Source: Methanocellales archaeon (lineage in GTDB: Archaea > Halobacteriota > JAWCLZ01). From it: DNA of 21,491 nt. Location: contig JAWCMA010000014.1 in assembly GCA_038850285.1 (NCBI GenBank), positions 5,863 to 27,353 on the forward strand. The letters run 5' to 3'. Under the pieces are notes generated by a model. That model saw only the letters and a list, made by a program, of their open reading frames with translations. It did not search any database and had not been told where the DNA came from. This document shows, piece by piece, positions 18,061 to 21,491 of the stretch. A program made the translations under genes and the position numbers. The first letter of the stretch is position 1; every line of letters begins with the position of its first letter.

Positions 18061-19179
18061 TCACCACCTTTCGCAAGCTGCTTTTATCATCTCTACTCTA
18101 GCTCTAGCCATTTCAACAGCACTCCCTCTAGTTTTTCCCCAGCCGAGAGCAGTTGCAACAGCCTCGCCTTTATCTATTATGCGTCCAACTCGAGGTATAT
18201 CAGCGATACCCGCTACATCAAGACTAGATTTTATCCTAGTCCTTTGAGCAGCATATACTATCATTTTCACCCCAAATTGCTTCATCCTAGGCCTAGTTAT
18301 AAGCTCTCCTTCGCAGGCTTTAACATGTGCTTCAAACATATTTATACCTGTGGCTATCTCAACTGTATCTAAGCTGCCTTGGAATCGAGGATTAACCTCT
18401 ATTAAATAAGCTCCATTTCTCGCTATAACGAAGTCCACCCCATTTGAGCCAATTAAACCCAGTTCAAGTACTATTTCCTCTGCAATTCGCTTGAGCTGCG
18501 CTTCAAATTTGGTTTTCAATGGCGTTATATTACCACAATAACCAAATATATTAATTTGATTCAACCATTTTAAACCCAAGAGCTGCTCATTCACTGCGAG
18601 GGCAAATGCTTCCTCTTTAGTTGAGAGCACGGAAACGCTAGCTGCTTTACCAGGTATATACTGCTGAATTAGCATTCCACCTAGCACATCCTCAGGAGGG
18701 AGGTCTTCTCTGCCCCTAGCTAGGATATTTAAATACCCGCCACCTCCTGTTTTGGGCTTCAGTACCGCGGGAAATTCAACTGCATCAACTGAATAGATTC
18801 TTGGAGTTTGAATGCCAAGTTCCATTAGTTTTTTCGCCAGCCATTCCTTATTTGAAACTTTCTTAGCAACCTCTGGGTGATTACCTAGGATTTTACTGCT
18901 CTCAACCCCTAGGTCAATAAATTCAAATCCAGAGCCTATAACTAGAAAGTCGAATTTAAATTTTTCAACCGCTTCTCTAGCTATTGCTACTGTGGGCTTG
19001 CCTTTAAATGTTAAGCAATCCTCAGCGCATCTTTCTAGATCTATATCTCTAAAACCATCCACTGCATAAACCAAGTATCCCGCGCGCTTTGCAGAGCAAG
19101 CAATGGGTCTAGAGTTGAATCCCATTATAAGCACTTTTTTATTTCCTAAGGACTTTTTTACCTCGCTTTTGCGGTACAA
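18061..19179 (-). CDS. ATP-grasp carboligase of unknown substrate (COG2232-like)
   Basis: [28 protein letters not shown] and [12 protein letters not shown]. True start may be a little downstream. Confidence 0.85.
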   Translation of the reverse strand: MYRKSEVKKSLGNKKVLIMGFNSRPIACSAKRAGYLVYAVDGFRDIDLERCAEDCLTFKGKPTVAIAREAVEKFKFDFLVIGSGFEFIDLGVESSKILGNHPEVAKKVSNKEWLAKKLMELGIQTPRIYSVDAVEFPAVLKPKTGGGGYLNILARGREDLPPEDVLGGMLIQQYIPGKAASVSVLSTKEEAFALAVNEQLLGLKWLNQINIFGYCGNITPLKTKFEAQLKRIAEEIVLELGLIGSNGVDFVIARNGAYLIEVNPRFQGSLDTVEIATGINMFEAHVKACEGELITRPRMKQFGVKMIVYAAQRTRIKSSLDVAGIADIPRVGRIIDKGEAVATALGWGKTRGSAVEMARARVEMIKAACERW

Positions 19180-19660
19180 TTTCTAACTCCCCGCCTTTAA
19201 ATTTCTTTAAAAGCTCCCTTCCCTTCTGTATTCTATCTAAGAAAATTGCAAGAGCTGCAACTTCTGAATGCGGTTGATTTCCAATTGCTATATTATAATC
19301 TGCAAAATCAAAAACCTCCGCTGGCACTTTCTCTGCCCCCACTACAACCATTATTTTTCCTTTCACCTTCAACTTTTTAATTACTTGAGGGAGGTTTATG
19401 CCATACATCGTTAAATGAATAACTTCGCCCCCATTTCTCCTCCACTCCTTAATCGCGTGCTTCCAGTCCAACTCGCTTTTTATCCAGAAATTCCCTCCCC
19501 ACCGCTTGGTCACTTTTTCTATACTTTGAATTATCTTAGTATCTTTGGAAACGAGGAGCATGCCACTGGCTCCTAAAGCTCTTGCTGCAAGCGCAATGTG
19601 TGTTGTAACTCTCTTATCCCTCTCTGGTCTATGGCCTAAGCGCATTACAACTATTTCCAT
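19139..19660 (-). CDS. trm56: tRNA (cytidine56-2'-O)-methyltransferase
   Basis: [28 protein letters not shown] and [16 protein letters not shown]. Confidence 0.95.
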   Translation of the reverse strand: MEIVVMRLGHRPERDKRVTTHIALAARALGASGMLLVSKDTKIIQSIEKVTKRWGGNFWIKSELDWKHAIKEWRRNGGEVIHLTMYGINLPQVIKKLKVKGKIMVVVGAEKVPAEVFDFADYNIAIGNQPHSEVAALAIFLDRIQKGRELLKKFKGGELEIVPQKRGKKVLRK

Positions 19661-19740
19661 CAAATGCAAATTAAGCTTTAAATTGAAAAGTTTTATTATT
19701 AAATTAAAGAATAAATTGCAAATTTACTGGAGGTGTGATT

Positions 19741-19914
19741 TTGGAGAAAATCGCAATAGTAATACTCTTAATCATTATAGCTCTAGATATAGCTATTTAT
19801 GGAGCATTCGGCGCTATTCCAGCAGTTGGATTGATTGTGCTAGTTGGATTCCTTCTGCTGCTTCAAAGAGGCGTAGAGCGAGGCTGGCGAACTAGAGAAC
19901 AAAGGAGATATTGA
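19741..19914 (+). CDS. 57-aa two-helix membrane microprotein (not in ORF track)
   Basis: TTG start 5 nt after GGAGGTG; MEKIAIVILLIIIALDIAIYGAFGAIPAVGLIVLVGFLLLLQRGVERGWRTREQRRY*; TGATG overlap with the next gene. Confidence 0.75.
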   Translation: MEKIAIVILLIIIALDIAIYGAFGAIPAVGLIVLVGFLLLLQRGVERGWRTREQRRY

Positions 19915-20252
19915 TGATTGATTCCTATGAATTTGGAAGAATAGTAGTGAATGGCAAGCAATATGATTCAGATCTTATTATTTTTCCAGATTTCATTAAA
20001 GAAAACTGGTGGAGGAAGAGCGGGCACAGCGTGGATATAGAGGACCTTGAAGAAGCAATCGCCGCTAACCCAGAGGTTATAATAATCGGCACAGGTTACT
20101 ATGGACGCGTTAAGATCTCAAGAGAAGCAAAGAACTACTTGAAATCCAGAGGTATACAGCTAATTGCAGAGAACACATCGAAAGCCACTGTTACTTATAA
20201 CAGGCTCTTGGGGGTAAAGAAAGCTGTGGCAGCGCTGCATTTAACCTGTTAA
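19914..20252 (+). CDS. Mth938-like domain protein (DUF498/598)
   Basis: IDSYEFGRIVVNGK.Y.SD, WWRK.GH, IIGTG..G and AALHLTC. Confidence 0.9.
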   Translation: MIDSYEFGRIVVNGKQYDSDLIIFPDFIKENWWRKSGHSVDIEDLEEAIAANPEVIIIGTGYYGRVKISREAKNYLKSRGIQLIAENTSKATVTYNRLLGVKKAVAALHLTC

Positions 20253-20256
20253 AAAT

Positions 20257-20330
20257 AAGGGGACTACCTGCGAAAGCTGGTGTAGTTTCTCCTCTTCCCT
20301 TGGAATTCAATTTCCTCGGGAAAACTCCTT
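20257..20330. other. Double-hairpin element between convergent genes (3' UTR structure or terminator)
   Basis: ACTAC..GC-GAAA-GC..GTAGT (20263-20286) and TTCCC..GGAA..TTCC..GGGAA (20295-20322), closed by AAGGGG/CTCCTT. Confidence 0.4.
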
Positions 20331-21490
20331 CAAGGTGTTATTCTCCTTCTATCTCTCGGAAAGAGCACAGCTTCTCTTATATTCTCCACTCCAATCATTG
20401 CACTAACAAGTCTCTCAGCACCAATTGCCCAGCCCGCGTGTGGCGGCATGCCATATTTAAAAGCATTTAAATAGAATTCAAATCTTTCAAGATCAAGGCC
20501 TTTCTCAACAAGCCTTTGCTTTAAAAGCTCATATTGATGCACCCTTTGAGCTCCAGATGTCATCTCTCTGCCTTTATATAATAAGTCGAAGGAATGGCTT
20601 AACTTAGGATTATCCCGATGTGGCATTACATAAAATGGCTTGATCTCAGTTGGGAAGTCGGTGATGAAGTAAAAACCAGGGATTTCATCTCCAGTTGCTT
20701 TCTCCGCTTCAGTGCTCAAGTCCTCCCCCCATTCCAGCTTTATTCCTTTTTTTCTAACGATCTCAAGAGCTTGATCGTAGCTTATTTTTGGAAATGGCAG
20801 CTTTGGCACCTCTATTTCAACCCCCATTAGAGCTAGCTCTTTCTGGCAGTGCTTCGCGACTTGCTCATATTGATGATGAATTACTCTCTCAAGGAGTTCC
20901 ATGACCTCTTCATCGCTTGCAAAGGCCACTTCGACATCTATGGATAGGAATTCATTTAAATGGCGAGTGGTATTATGCTCTTCAGCTCGAAATGCCGGTG
21001 CTATTTCAAAAACTTTATCCAGCCCCGTTGCCATCAATATCTGCTTGTAAAGCTGAGGCGATTGACTTAAGAAAGCCTCGCGCTCGAAATATGAGATTGG
21101 AAATAAAGCAGTCCCCCCTTCAGTGGCAGCTGCAACAATTTTAGGGGTATGCACCTCTAGGAATCCTTGATCAAGCAGGAATTCCCTAGTGGCTTGAAGC
21201 AATCTGCTTTTAAGCTTGAAGATAGCTTGAACCCGAGGTCTCCTTAGATCCATGTATCTCGAGTCGAGACGCGTATCAAGCTCAGCGGGCACTTTCTCAG
21301 TGGGATCTAAAGGTAAGGGCGAGGCAGCATTACTTAAGATCTCTACCTCCATTGGCAGGATCTCAAAGCCTCTCGGCGCTTTTGCCTCTTCTTTAACTCT
21401 ACCTTTTACCTTAACTACAGATTCTCGAGTTAGCTCGCGGACTTTTTTGAAGAGAGAGCTATCCGCAAGTTTCTTAGCAAGGGTAACCTG
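20330..21490 (-). CDS. aspS: Aspartyl-tRNA synthetase, archaeal type, probably non-discriminating; 5' end cut off by the window edge
   Basis: Frame is open to the window end (QVTLAKK...KAPRGFEI); [32 protein letters not shown] and LFPRD. Confidence 0.95.
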   Translation of the reverse strand, partial: QVTLAKKLADSSLFKKVRELTRESVVKVKGRVKEEAKAPRGFEILPMEVEILSNAASPLPLDPTEKVPAELDTRLDSRYMDLRRPRVQAIFKLKSRLLQATREFLLDQGFLEVHTPKIVAAATEGGTALFPISYFEREAFLSQSPQLYKQILMATGLDKVFEIAPAFRAEEHNTTRHLNEFLSIDVEVAFASDEEVMELLERVIHHQYEQVAKHCQKELALMGVEIEVPKLPFPKISYDQALEIVRKKGIKLEWGEDLSTEAEKATGDEIPGFYFITDFPTEIKPFYVMPHRDNPKLSHSFDLLYKGREMTSGAQRVHQYELLKQRLVEKGLDLERFEFYLNAFKYGMPPHAGWAIGAERLVSAMIGVENIREAVLFPRDRRRITP

Positions 21491-21491
21491 A

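Noticed and set aside
19545-19895. 116-aa plus-strand ORF from the track
   Set aside because: It overlaps trm56 antisense and crosses the promoter region; the frame at 19741-19914 has the RBS and stop/start coupling.
20295-20322. Archaeal SECIS element downstream of aspS
   Set aside because: It lacks the GAA/A bulge geometry, and the aspS frame ends at its normal C-terminus.
1-21491. CRISPR array, rRNA or tRNA genes
   Set aside because: No regularly spaced 25-40-nt repeats and no recognisable stable-RNA motifs in any spacer.

Overview
Archaeal chromosomal window; gene content and the c-subunit sequence resemble methanogen-like Halobacteriota, which is an inference. The left half is an A1Ao ATP synthase operon on the minus strand (atpH-I-K-E-C-F-A-B-D). 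Its atpB is frameshifted by an apparent 25-nt deletion that removes the conserved LTMPGDDI motif. Upstream and co-oriented are mtnA, a stand-alone Lrp/AsnC ligand-binding protein, and an ACT/DUF5612 (EhbQ-like) protein with an unexpected ~145-aa N-terminal domain. A small accessory island (~14.1-17.1 kb) holds a HEPN/MNT pair, decayed gene fragments, and a DDE transposase whose N-terminal half is inverted relative to its C-terminal half. The right end holds housekeeping genes: UPF0147, tfe, an ATP-grasp protein, tRNA C56 methyltransferase, a Mth938-like protein and a partial aspS. Not in the ORF track are three credible microproteins (33, 48 and 57 aa) and two structured intergenic elements (70-161, 20257-20330). 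No CRISPR array, tRNA or rRNA was seen. All family assignments come from motif recognition by eye, not database searches.
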